Shown here in pieces: positions 1 through 13,900 of a DNA stretch of 64,000 bases; positions within the stretch are counted from its first letter, which is position 1, and every line of letters starts with the position of its first letter. The position numbers and the translations under genes were made by a program. Below the pieces are notes generated by a model. It worked only from the letters and a program-made list of their open reading frames with translations, was not told the origin of the DNA and did no database searches. The DNA comes from Chrysomallon squamiferum (Eukaryota; Animalia; Mollusca). The stretch lies in contig CM022671.1 of assembly GCA_012295275.1 (NCBI GenBank), forward strand, positions 25,668,001-25,732,000. Reading direction: 5' to 3'.

Positions 1-1511
1 AGGTCAAGGATATAGATAAAAAACAGAGATAAAGGTACAACAAAGAGATTGATTATTAACTGCAAGATTTATAACTGTAACTGTTATAAAAAGACATGTC
101 CTTGTATCAGTTCTGCTTGATAATTCTCAGGTGTAATTGTTTAAAACACGAATCTTTTATTGCTGTAGAATACAGACAAACATACATACGAAGAATAACG
201 TGCTGCCTCTCGTGTATGTTACTACAAAAACGCGCGCACGCGAGTGCATACACACACACACACACATACCTTGTGTATATTAATGTGCATCCACGTATGG
301 GTATGTGTTTATATATTTGTGTGCGTCTTTCTAAACCTCATAATATATTATGCTAAATAACTGAGAGTCAGATCATTTATTTGTTTGTTTGCATGCTTAT
401 TTATTGTTGTTGTTGTTGTTCTTCTTCTTCTTATTATAATTTATTTATTTATTATTATTTTTTTTTTATTATTAATTTTTTATTTTTTTTGCATCTGTGT
501 GCGGAATGTGTCATAATACACAGGAAAATCTGCTTGCATCATCAAACTATTATCAGCCAAAACTGGTCATTCGAAATAACAAGTCACAATAAGGAAGTAA
601 ATACAACAATTTTTTTCCTTCCTCTACATATTTTGTAGACATTTATTAAAACATGTTCACTCATCACCTAACAGAGGTAAATGATCACAATCTTCTCTAA
701 CTAATATATATATATATTGTCTGCTGAAAAAAAAAAAATCACTCGGATTACTGAAATAAATATATAGTGTCAAATGAAATAAAGTATATCCGTGTTTACT
801 AGTATCTTCAGAAACAAAATACATCACGTATTTTTAAACAATGTATATAATGTCTGCTAAAATAAATTATACATCATGTCTGCTGAAGGAAAATAAGTTT
901 CTGTTAAAAGTAAATTCGTGCGTCCTGCTTAACATCATCAGTACTTCTTCGTTCGGTTAACACGATAGGCCGTATTATCGTTAGTTCTGTAACGTACGGA
1001 GTTGACCGACCATCTATGGAAATTCAGCATGTTGTGTAACGTTATATCGACTATTTGGAGTTCACGCCATTATATAACCCCCGGACTGATGTAATTACCA
1101 ACCGATTTAATCAGCACAAGGATGTTGTCCGCGGTCTTGGATACAGTTCAGTAGATGTGCTTTATGTACTCATTAAAATTGGGCGCTATAACTACGTCGT
1201 CAGTCGTAGAAACATCATGTCAATTCGACAGGACTAGTTCCGGTGCGAATAATTCCCGAAACGGACCTGTGTTTAGGTGAAATATATTATTTCCATTAAT
1301 TATGAAACGAAACAGACCTTATATATTAAACATTAATTTCATATTTCAAATAAAATAAATTAAAAACGACTGATATAACTAATAACCCATGAACTGCTAT
1401 GATGGTGCTTTCTAGAACAAGTTTACGCAGACTGAACAAATAAAAGTTGTCTGCTGAGTGTAAGTTATTTGCAGAACAAGTAGAAGTTGTCAACAAAACA
1501 AGAATAAGGTA

Positions 1512-1546
<35 letters not shown>

Positions 1547-3002
1547 ATAATATTTATTTGCACAACAATGTCATGTGTGTTTTTGAGGACTGGTTTAATT
1601 TTTAAAATTTGTTTTAAAAAATTATTATTATTATTATTATTATTTTTTTTTTTTTTAGAGAAAGAAAAAAAAAAAAAAAAAAAAAAACATTTTATCTACA
1701 TTTTCTGTGGACTGGAATAAATCATTATAATAATCATAAATTTCATAATGAAAAAAACAAAATTCAACAACATCAACAAAATGTTCGAGCATTATTTATT
1801 ATTACATGTATTGTCACCATTGCATCATCGTCACCACCAGTATCTTCATCGTCATTGTTGTTCTGGTAGTAGCCTAGTAATTGTTGTTGTTACTATTATT
1901 AGTATAAGTTTCTTTTCATTTTATTAGTATAAGCTCTATTTCTTTATTTTTTCATTTTCATTGTGTAAATCACTGAAGTAATGACGGTAAATCTTTATTA
2001 ACAGTTATAAACATTACGTGCAATATTTCAAACTGACCGAGATGTCACTGAACTCGAGGTGATTATCAACCACTTGTTATAGTCTAAAGCCATAACCGGA
2101 TTTATTTCGCCGAATACCGAGGACTACGTCTAAAAGGTTTACAGTTAACTGGTATCGGAACATGCTGAAAGAATTTTCTTTCTTGCGTAAGACAATTGGA
2201 TTTGCCCATCAGGACGTCTCTCCTGTGTGAGTGTGTGTATGTACGTGTGTGTCTCTGTGCGCATGTGTGTGTGTGTGTGTGTGAGTGTATATATATATAT
2301 GTGTGTGTGTGTGTGTGCATACATACATATATATGTATTAAAATAATTGGCGTTTAAATTATAAGTAAATATTGTTTATTATCATCATCATCATCGTCGT
2401 CGTAGTCATTATTACTGTCAAGAACCGCTGTCATTTCTCTAAGCTGACCATTATCTAAATAACTTGTTTAGTTAAACGCAGACGATGGGAGAAAAACTGT
2501 AATTATTAATAGTAAAAGGTCAGATGCTACTTTCTAAAATATCACTTTTGGGCATGAGACAAGTAGCTTCAATCTGTTATCTACCAAAATATGACTGCAC
2601 TATCCACACAGATATATGTATAGACGAGGCAAGAACAAGCTTAACAGCATTAAAAACGAAACTTATGGATATGTTTTATTTTTAAGAAGGATGTATCTGT
2701 AAATGGTTCCTTCAAAACACAAATAAATATCTTTAAATATAAATAAATAAATAAATAAATAAATTGTTAAAACACGTTATTGTTATACACAGAAAACAGT
2801 GGTCGTACTGTCTAAAATCCTTTCGTTTGTGATACAAGGAAACTTAATATCTATTTCTTATAAAAAATGAACATATCTTTTTACATGTTTTTAATTTAAT
2901 ATATCAGTTAAAGAAAAGACCACACACATACGTATGCATGTATTTTGTGTGTAAATATATACGTATGCATGTATTTAAGTATACAGACATTCAAACAGTC
3001 AG

Positions 3003-3006
<4 letters not shown>

Positions 3007-3078
<72 letters not shown>
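3007..3078. repeat. (AG)n microsatellite
   Basis: Perfect dinucleotide run; source of the spurious ER/SL ORFs. Confidence 0.95.
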
Positions 3079-3085
<7 letters not shown>

Positions 3086-3574
3086 CATAACTCTTTCCTC
3101 ATCGAAACTTTAATCAAACCATTCTATCTGGAGAAAAACCATATTCACTATTAATACGCATAGCTTCTTGTTATATTAGCCATTGCAAGCATCTCTCAGC
3201 AATATTGTTCTGTTACAAAATAGTCTGCTTGGTTTTTTTTTTAATCATGTTACAAACCTCCACACGGCTTCACATAGTTGAACGATAGGTAATATTATAT
3301 TACCCCGTGAAACCAGGAGAGCACTGCAACAGGCCTATGTGACACTGCGCAGGACCACAGGAAAAGTGTGAAAGGAAATAAATTCATCCTTGAGTTGTAC
3401 AGCTACTTGGCGGTGTCATCTAAACTCTAACGCTAACATGAAAATATTACCTAACAGCACGTCTTGTCGGCCAGAACGAGGGTAGGTCATCAACGCGGGA
3501 GGTTGTGTCGTGCAGACGTCATTTTGTCTTTTCTCCAGAACTAATTTTAAAATATGCAGTATTACTTGGTTCGC

Positions 3575-3617
<43 letters not shown>

Positions 3618-4104
3618 GTAAAATATTGTTTTTACTTAACACTTCTCTGAAATAAAAGTCGTTCAATAATGAAACGATATTTTGAGTTGTTTAATAGACT
3701 TAGATGAATGCAGTGTCCTAACTACACTCAAGGATATGTATATATGTATGTATTTATGAATGCATGCATGCATGCATGTATGTATATAAATGTGTGTTGG
3801 TGGGGTGTGCTGTGTATGTGTATGCATGTATATAACCTCTATGCACGTAGGCAATAAATGTATGTGTGTGTGTGTGTGTATGTATGCGTGTATATATGTA
3901 TTGTGTATGTATGTATGTATATATTATGTATATATGAATGTATTTATATATATGTATGTATTCAGATAATGTTAGTGCATGTGTTTATTTGTGTTAGAGT
4001 ATTTTTCTTTTAACCTGGGAAATACGCACGTAATGTTTATAACTGTTAATGAAGATTTACCATCATTAATTCAGTGATCTATGGAAGATATTTTAATCAC
4101 GTGT

Positions 4105-4290
4105 GTCACTGCATTATTTCTTGTCCAAGCCTGTGCCCCACAACTAGTTTATCAAAGATACTGTCTGCTTTACATCGCGGCCACGGGTTTTCTCTCATTG
4201 TGTATGGTCCTTAATCATATTTACATATGTTTTCATATTACCCGTCCTTTGCGTTATTAAATAAAACATTTCTTTTTTTTTTTTTTTTTT
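4105..4290 (+). mobile_element. Degenerate SINE remnant (MetaSINE-like core and 3' tail)
   Basis: tatttcttgtccaagcctgtgccccacaactagtttatcaaag ... gggttttctctc ... tggtccttaatcatat ... ttaaataaaacatttct resembles, from memory, gastropod MetaSINE-type elements; family not verified. Confidence 0.45.
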
Positions 4291-5009
4291 TTTCTTCTTC
4301 CTATTATTATTAACGTTGTTGTTGTTTTTAACGATGACGATGATGGTGATGTTCGGCACAACATTTACAACATATTTTGTATGTTCGTTAAAATCTCATT
4401 TCACTGTTGACAAATGCCATTAAATAATTCCATTACAATTCTATTTGAAGCATCTGACTTACGCATGTTTTGGTCAGTCTTCTCTTTAATTTCATTGTCC
4501 CCCCCCAGGTATACGGAAAGATATCACACCATTATTTTTCCAGGTTAAGCTCTACAATCAGTGACAAAATTCTGCTAAATGATTACACAAATTGTATTAT
4601 GAAAAACAGTAACTGAAGATTATTTATTTATTTATTTGAATTATTTCACTTTGACGAAACGTTATTCTTTTATTTTTTAAGTCATAATTTGTACTAAGAA
4701 AATTAAAAATAATAATAATAATATTAATAATAATTGTTATTGTTGTTGTTGTTACTGTTTTAAATACTATTTGTAAATGTTAAATAGAGCATTCTTTAAT
4801 ACTTTTTTTTTTTTAACTTTATGATAACTTCCCCACCCAAATGATTCTGCCTCTGGTACTGTATTGTTAGTGTCGACATATAATAAAATTATTATCTATA
4901 ATAAAAAAGATTTGTATATAAGTATAACCCAGTTCGCTACAGGTTTTTTGCATCACTAATTTCAGACAGTTAACCTTGACCCTTATGACCCTAGTCATAT
5001 GACACCTCC

Positions 5010-5196
5010 CCCGACATGACGTCACATACTCTGTTGACATTCTGTACCGCCATCTTTGCGACTGGAGCCGGAAAAATTGTTAAAGAATCGTTTGAAGTGA
5101 AGTAATGATGTGTTTTTTTATTGTCCCGCCAGGGACAAACGGACCTTAATACTTTGTGGGTTAATAGCAGAAAGCATTAGCAGATCTTGTGATAAG
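5010..5196 (+). promoter_or_regulatory. MTMR3/4 promoter and non-coding first exon
   Basis: CRE TGACGTCA 5017-5024, YY1 motif CCGCCATCTT 5047-5056, ETS-like GCCGGAAA 5067-5074, local CpG enrichment, donor AAG|gtaaat after 5196; short uORF 5105-5149. Confidence 0.6.
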
Positions 5197-7954
5197 GTAA
5201 ATTTATAATTCATTAAACAAGATTGTAGTGGTGTTTGTGACCTGTCTATCGTAATCCATGTCGTTTTCTATGTGGCTGAGTCATGAAATTAAGGTCTACG
5301 TTTTCGATATACGGAAGTTATAATTTATGTCTGATACCATTTTTGGTTTCTGTTTGTCGTTGTTTTTGTAAATTTTCAGTTGAACAAGAGCCATGAATCG
5401 CATGTTACGGTAATTTTATTTTCCGGTTCATGTTACAAATTTTGTTCACTTGATATCAGTAAATTGAGTAATGTGTAGGTCTGCTCATAATCATGATAGT
5501 GTATGTATATTAAGTGTAACTGTTGAAAGAAATTCATACATATATTGTCTGTTTCATGAACAAATGTATATCGAAAAAAATAATAAATGTAATTAATAAT
5601 TCTGTATTATTGATTATGCTGTTGTGGGGAGGGGAAATGTATGTAAGCTGAAAAACTTCCTGCCAACTCTGCCATTAATTCAGCAGAATGTTAAAAAAAA
5701 TGTGTGATCGGGGGAGGGAATCCTTTCAAACTTAAATGTCATCTGATTGGACACATTTTTTCTGTTGTAATTAGAGCATTATTATTTCATAATTTTCTTG
5801 AAATCATAAATATTATTTAATGGTATGTAATATTGATTATTTCCACATGCATTAGAAATAGTTGTGTTTCTTTAGATAACTTTTCATGATAAAAAATTAA
5901 TTAGTTTGTCTTAAAATACTATGCAGTAACATTAATTACCGTATCTGATTTTTATTCTTCTTCTCTGAAAAACAATGATTGTTAGATCATATTTTCCTTT
6001 TTCATTTTGGGGGAAATCCCATAGAATGATAAAAAAATAGATACACTGTATTTAAAAATAACTTTTATTGCCAAAAGTGCGGTAATTGTTCTCTTTCAGG
6101 AAAGAAAAATTATATTGCTAATGTTCCTTTTAGAAAATATACAAACTGAACTATATTCATAATTCTCATTCTGTAATATTACACAGTTACAGTATAGTTA
6201 AATTTGTTTACATACATTATAGTTATAAAAGATACAAGTATTTTCTAATAATGTTTTATGTAGATATTTATACTTAAAATAGGATCTGGAAAGTGATAAT
6301 TAAACATTTTCAACATGAAACTAAATGTTTATCAACCATACTTTATCTTTACTGAACATTGCACAAGATAATAAGTTTAACACTGATAAAGTTTATCTAT
6401 GATGTCATTATTTTATCAGCGGATTCTTTTTCATTGGATTTAGGTGAATCAGTTGATCAAAAGTATTTTTTTTAATCTCTAGCATTTTATGTTTAAATGC
6501 TAAGCAAATGTTTCATAAATTTCTGTAATGTTTTATACTTATAGTGTAAACTATTTTGGGTTTTTCACTTTTATTATTATTATTTTTTCTTTCTTTCTTT
6601 TATTTTGTATTCACCAAATTACAACAATTCTGCAATTGCATGAAGAGTTAATTACTCCAGTAATGACATGTTTGTTTGGATTTGATTTATTTTACTCACA
6701 AATACAAAGTAAACTGAAATATGTTGTAAGTAATTAAAAAGAAAAAAATATTTCCCTCTGTAGAGTTTCTTTTCATATTGATAAAAGATTAAATAACAAT
6801 ACCTCAGATTTATGCTGTTGACATTTATCTGAAAATGTGACAAACTGAATTATGTGTTTTGGTATTTGTTAGTAAAAGCTGGAACAAACTTTTTTCACAA
6901 GACATACTAGCTTTGCACAATACTTACATTTCTTTCTAATTTTTAACTCTGGTCTGGTCTATGTTTGAACTAATGTAGAAATATGATCATATATTTGGTT
7001 TAAATATAAATATGAAAAGTAACTGATTACTTCAACATATTCAGATTTAGATGATTAGATTGTTGTGCTGTTGAGTTCTAGTATTAGTAACAGTTTATTT
7101 TAAATTATAATTTTATAAAAGTCATATCAATAATCTGAATTAACACAAGTTCATGTTTCAATTCTTGTAAAATAAACACTGAGGAATATGTATATATATA
7201 TATATCTTTCTATATGTACTTGGAGAATAAAATATGTACAATGCTGATAAGCTGTGTAAACATGATTATATGAAAGTTTCAAAAGATAATCCTTTTTGCA
7301 GATATACCTGTCTGTGAGCATGTGTCTTTTAACATGCATTTGTTAAATGAAATGATGTGGAAAGTTTTTAAAAAGAAATATGTATCCATTTTTCCTGTAC
7401 TAATTTACTATAATACAATTTATTCTTAAACCAAAATAAGTTTATAATGTAAAGTTTATATACATTCAACAAACTTAATTTCTGTAATGACATTAGGCAT
7501 TATGCATGCACATGCAGAAGCACATTTGTATACATACATTTGAAGTCATGAATATATATTTAGCATTTAATACTTTTTGCACTGACTAATGTCATGGTCC
7601 ATTACTATACTAATTATACATTGATGAATATACAGTTGTACAGATATGAAGTATAATTATTTATACCAGCATATGTGCATTGTTTTAACTTACTCTTATT
7701 CTATTTATATTAATTAGTGTTTGTCAGAGAAAATACTTTGTATTTAAAATACATGTACAAATACATGTACAAATACATGTATTTCAACTCTGCCTGACCT
7801 TTTCCTGGTCCATTTTATTATTTTACTGGTTAACTGGCAGGTGAGACAAGCTGTACCCTAGTGCTCTCGTTGTACATGACATCTCTAATCACATAATTAT
7901 TACTGTTTCAGATCATCAGTGAACTTGTTAAGTGCCAAGGAGTTGTGGTTCAGT

Positions 7955-10900
7955 ATGGTAAGTTGACAAACTCGTCAGATATCTTTTTTCTTTCTTTCTT
8001 ACTTTTCATTTGTGTAATATATAGCATGTACTATATTTGCCATATACATTTTATATCTTGTTTATGCAGCATGACTCAGAGAAATTTGCATGCCAAAAGA
8101 GACATTATTATTTTATATCAGTGTTTATGTTAGTCATATTCATTATGTGCACCTGTGTAATCATTTGGTGTTTTAACCAGCCAGCATTTATAACAATAGA
8201 AAAAACATTAGTATTTTGTGCATGTAATGTCTTTTATTATAATATGCACCCACACACAAAAAATAAAAAAGATGGTACAGATCATTTATGAATCTGTGTA
8301 TATATTTACAATTTATTTTCCTGGTTTAGTTAAATTCCAGTGTCAAAAAGATTTTAGATATATTTTGTAATCGATAAATATGACACTGACCATTTGAAAT
8401 TATCATCATTCATAGGCTTTGTCACTAACAGATGTGATTTTTCTTATCTTGATACAGTTACAGAAATTGCACTGAACATGATCTGGCTACTAATGATATG
8501 ATTTAGTTTATTTTTAACTAATTAACATATGTCTTTATTAATTCCACACAAATTGTCTTAATCAAACATGCTGTGTTGTCTGTCTTAAATGTAAATCAAT
8601 AAACCACAAAGAAGAAATATTATTCTATAGATGTTTTTTTCTTGCATATTACAATTAATTAATGAATGTTGTATATCTAGAACAACTGAAAATATGAAGG
8701 AATAAAAAAAATACTACAGAATGTTTTAATTTTTAAAGTAATGCATATATTGGTAAAGAAAAAAAAAGAAGAAAAAGTAACCAATTAACAGTCTAGTGGC
8801 AGCTGTCAGTCAAAATTAAAAATTTTCCAGAATTCCTTGGTTTAGTCAGTGATGCTTATAGCAGACATGTCAGAGTAGTTATGTAAAGGAAGTGTGCTTA
8901 AAACTTCCCAATGTCTGAAAAAACATAGCTTCCCACAGTATGGGTGGAAAAAGAGTTAATTCATACTATCATTTTGAAGCAACATTTTCTTTGAAAATTT
9001 AAAGTTGAAAATGCTTTCAATCTCATAGACAGCCCAAAAAAGAAAAAAAAAAGCAGAGGCAGGCTAAAATAATATCACATTATTATTTATTTTTTTTTTT
9101 TTTTTATATCATCTTTAAAAAGAAAGTATGCTTTGTCTAAATAATTTTTTTTAAATATAAAATATATTTCTCATATAACTTGTACCATTTTTTTTTCTTT
9201 TCTGCAGGGGACGGAGGAAAGGAACAACTTCAGTGTAGAGCACATCAGCAAATCTGAACTGTTTCCAAAGAAATCTGTGGTTTCTGATGATGAGTTTCTG
9301 CACGTTCCGTTTCCTCCGCTCTGTGGTGAATACGCTCAGTACCTGGGGCGCACGTCAGATGGAGTAATTGCCCTTTCCAACTTCCGTCTGTTGATACGTC
9401 AGAAAAAATCATTTGTGAATATTCCACTTGGACTGATTGACTTGGTAGACACTAGAGAAATTTTTTACCTGACACTCTACTGTAAGGATGGTACTACTTA
9501 CAGGTATTGTTACATTTGCATATTCTTTTCTTTTTTTAATCTACAACAATAGCACCTCGAACATTCTTTAATTAAGAATTATTTTAAAATTTAAAGGCTA
9601 GATTACAATACGAACAGAAAAGGCATATATTTTTAAGGCTCTTTCTTTGTTATTATAAATCGCTCAGTTAATCTTCAACTGTTCCAGTATGTAAGAGTTG
9701 TTTCCCTTTTTGAGTGCTGGCCTATTGAAATTTTGGCAGGAGATTATCTTATGTACTTTTCATTGAGGAAAGTCTAAATGATACGTGTTTAAGTGATTGA
9801 TGATTGAACAATATACTGTTTGTGAATAATTTTTTTGGGCTATTTAGATGTGATGAACTTTGGACATTTGCATCAAATTTCATAATACTACATCACCAGT
9901 ACAACTGTTCAGTACAGATTACTAGTTTCCTCTACACCTTTTTTTTTCTTCTTCTTTTTCAATTAATTATGGCATATGATAATGTTAAACCCAAATTTTT
10001 TGGTTGTCTTTGTAATGTTTTTAAAATTTAATGATCACTAATTTGAAGCTGATTGCCCCTTTAAAATGATTTCCATTTTCTCCCCTACCTCTGGCATAAT
10101 TACTGAAAATACTGCTTAGGATTTTTTCTTTTTGTATTTGAGGAGATGGTGGTTTAATTCAAAACTAAACAGATGATAAATCAAAATTAATCAATAAAAA
10201 GGTATCTATCTGCCTGAGGTTTATATTTGTGTGCACAATAAAAGTGGTTTACACTTGAATATAAAAGCTTTTGAGAAGTTTGTTCAGGTATTTGTATGTA
10301 TCTCTCCTTCTCACTGTCTGTTACTCATTCTAGATATATATATTTTAATATAATTATCTTGAATGTAAATACATTTTTATTAATTTATTATTTTTGCAGA
10401 TTTTCTTTTTCCACCAATGAAGCTTGCCAGGTGTGGCACAAGCGAATCTGTGATAGCATCACACCTCCCAAAGAGTATTCAGATATCTTTGCGTTGGCAT
10501 TCCATGCATGGCGCACCAGTGATACTGACAGAGAGGTGGAATCCTCCATTAAACTAGGTATATCCTAGCTGAGATCAAAACTTAAGTTTTGTAATGGTTT
10601 AGAATTGGATATTGATTCAGTTTAGGTATTTGTTACAGTATATTTAAATGTGTACAGCTAATGTAAATAAAACAAAGTGAATATTTTAAATTTAATTTGT
10701 TTTTCTATGTATATTTTTCAGTTAACAGGGACCTGTACACATTTGGAAAGGATGTTGAAAGGATGCAGTTTGATACAAGCAACAAAAAAGTCTGGAGAAT
10801 TTCACAAATAAATGAAGGATATGGGTATGTAACATACTAAAATATTTTTACCATTCATCTCTTGCAAAATTATTGTTCCTTTTTGTTTATTTTTACAATG

Positions 10901-13900
10901 AAGATATATTTATTTTTTGCAAAATATCATTTTGTCAGAACTCCAGTGGTAAAAGCACTGTAATGTGCTTGGGTGAGAGTACCCAAGTGTGATAACCAGA
11001 CATGACAGTATGATTATACAGAGAACCAATTTTTTTAATTTTTAATATATTTTTTCTTTTAGACTAACACCTTCATATCCCAGAGAGCACATAGTTCCAG
11101 CCACAGTTTCTGATGATGATCTTAAAAGTGTAGCCAGCTTTCGTGCACTGAGGCGATTTCCATCTGTTGTTTGGAGGTAAGTTTATTGGTTTCATTTCTC
11201 TTTGATGTTGCCATCTAATTTTCTGTGAAGTAAATCTGTTTAGGAACATGATGATGTATCAGACTGATTATGGAAAGAAAAGGAATATTTTACTATGTAT
11301 GTTGTCATGGTGATAGCAACATTTTCAGCTATGATCACTGCATTGACAAACAACATGAACTTTTTTACAACTCTTCCATGACCTTAAAAGACAAATATGT
11401 TTGTCATCTTGGCAGTTACGTTCATTGTGTAAACTGATATACCAGATGTTAACTGGACTTCGTCCCATTATCCTATCTATTACTGATTAGTAATTAAACA
11501 TACATGTAATGTATCTGTTCACTTGATGTAGATTAATTTTATTAGATTGATAAGTAAAATGTTATTTAAACTTACCTATTATTAGTATCAAACCAAATTT
11601 CTTTCTTCTTCTTTTTCTATTAAAATGTTTTCTTATTATCTTTTTTTTTTATTCCAGTATTTTTCTTATTTCTTATTCTTTTTTCTATCAGATTTAATTT
11701 TTATGGTACCCTACTAAACTTTTTATTCTGAATTTTATTTTTATTTTTTATTTTCTATAAACTCTATTCTTAATGACATCAAACATTTTGTTTTTTGGTG
11801 TGTTTTTTTTTCCTTCTGTGAAATCTGTATAAATTAACTTAAGGAGGAAGTATTCCAGTTTATGAGAATGTCACTGACCAGCAAAACACCTGTTTGGTTT
11901 CTATTACTAGGTTGGGTTGTGGATCATTTTACTAACAATGTTAAGAATGTTTGTAGGAGTTCATGCGAGTCAGTTGATGCTTAAGTCACTGTAAATGTGC
12001 ATATTTAATTACAAATGATGTAGATTCATTGTTAGTCTTACAGTGAGGACCTTAAAAAAGTTAAGTTGTTGAATGGTTACTTCATGTTGTAATCACAGTT
12101 ACATTACAGAGATGAACAACTGTGACACATTATTTGTCCTAAAATAAACTGTGACTGTTTGATTATATTACAACAGTCATCTTGTATATTGTAATGGGTG
12201 TGAACCTGGACAGAGAAACTAAGTCCAAATATATCTTCTTATTAATGTATGTATAAATGAATGCACCTTACAATGAACATTTCAGTATATCTTTTTGGTA
12301 CAACTTTCTTTCATGCTCAGACATGGCATTTGTTGGTTTAACTATTTAATCTATTTTGCACATTCACATGCATTTAATGGATATCAATATAAATATTAAT
12401 TATTAACTAAATATATATATATATATATACATTTTCTTAAATTGCTGTTAATCAGAGACCAGAGAAATGGTGCTGTGATTGTGCGTTGCAGTCAGCCAGA
12501 ACTGGGTTGGCTTGGCTGGCGAAACACTGAGGATGAAATGTTGTTGAGTGCAATACCAAAGGCCTGTTCCCTGAATCCTGGAACAGAAAACGAGAAAATA
12601 TCACTTGATGAAAATTCAGTGAATTGTAAGTAATAACAAATCATGTCGTACGTTTGACTAATATTTACATGATGTATAATGAAAATAAATCCTCCTCTTT
12701 TTTTTTCTCACAGAATTCGTAATTTTTTTATCATTAATTTAATTTGTGTTTTTTTTTTTTTTTTTTTTTCAACTTTTCAAGGTTCATCACTGCAGACTTC
12801 AGCCAGTCCTAAGAAGATGTTGTTAATAGACTGCAGATCGTATGGTGCAGCATTTGCTAACAGAGCAAAAGGTGGAGGCTGTGAGAGTGCTGGTGAATAT
12901 ATTTACCTTTTTGTATATCAACTTAGAAATTTATTGCTTATTGTTAATTACAACTGATATTAATTATTTGCAACTGTTACTATTAATTTTTTTTATTGTA
13001 TTTTTTAACCAATTTTTAACAGAAACTATAGACTACTTTATTTCTTTTTCTTCTTCTTTCATTTCATTTCATTTTATTTTATTTTTTGTTTGTTTGTTTG
13101 TTTTTCTAGAGGGGGAGGTTTGTCTTCTTTCCTTTTCTTTTCTTTTTTTTCTTTTTGAGGTTTGAAAAATTAAATAAACAAAGATTTAGCATTTCTTATT
13201 TTGTTATTTTTCCAGATTATTACCCTGGCTGTGAGATTCAGTTCATGAACCTGGCAAATATTCATTCTATTCGAAAGAGTTTTCTTGCTCTGAGAGCACT
13301 CTGTAGTATACATCCAGACCAGTCTAAGTGAGTTCTTTAATAACATTTTACTTTATTTTTGAAAACAGTTGCCATCTAGTTCATTTCAGTGTATATTGTT
13401 ACTGAAGTCACTCCAGTGATGCTTCTTGTCATAAAAACTCCAGTCTAGATTAGTCATGCATATTTCAGTGTAGTTTAGTATTATACACATTTCAGTGTAG
13501 GTAATTGTCATAATTCATTTCAGTGTTGGTTATTCTCATGCACATTCAAATGTAGGTTATTGTCATATACATTTCATTATAGGTTACTTTTACAGACATT
13601 CTAATGCAGGTTATTGTCATACACATTTCATTATAGGTTATTGTCATATACATTCCAGTATAGATTGTTGTCATACCCATTTCAGTATATGTAATTGCCT
13701 TTGTTTCCTTTCTTTTTTCTCTCTTAATAATAGATTCATCTTGTTTGTTTTCACAGTTGGCTGTCCAGTTTAGAGAACACTAAGTGGTTGCAGTATATTG
13801 CAGCAATCCTGCGAGCTGCAAGTCTCATAGTCCACACCATTGACAAGGAAGCACGACCAGTGCTGGTTCACTGTTCAGATGGATGGGACAGGACACCTCA

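Larger units (their letters stand above)
640..4600 (-). ncRNA. Possible spliced transcript divergent from the MTMR gene (lncRNA or decayed gene)
   Basis: GC-richer islands bounded by minus-strand splice signals: donor GTAAGT at 4462-4457; exon 3540-3304 (ttag| ... |gtaata); exon 2222-2038 (cacag| ... |gtcagt); terminal exon from 1266 (cacag|); AATAAA near 642-647. No long ORF. Confidence 0.3.

Noticed and set aside
2908-3154. ER/SL/CV-repeat ORFs here and at 44178, 52238, 57427, 62621
   Set aside because: Translations of microsatellites.
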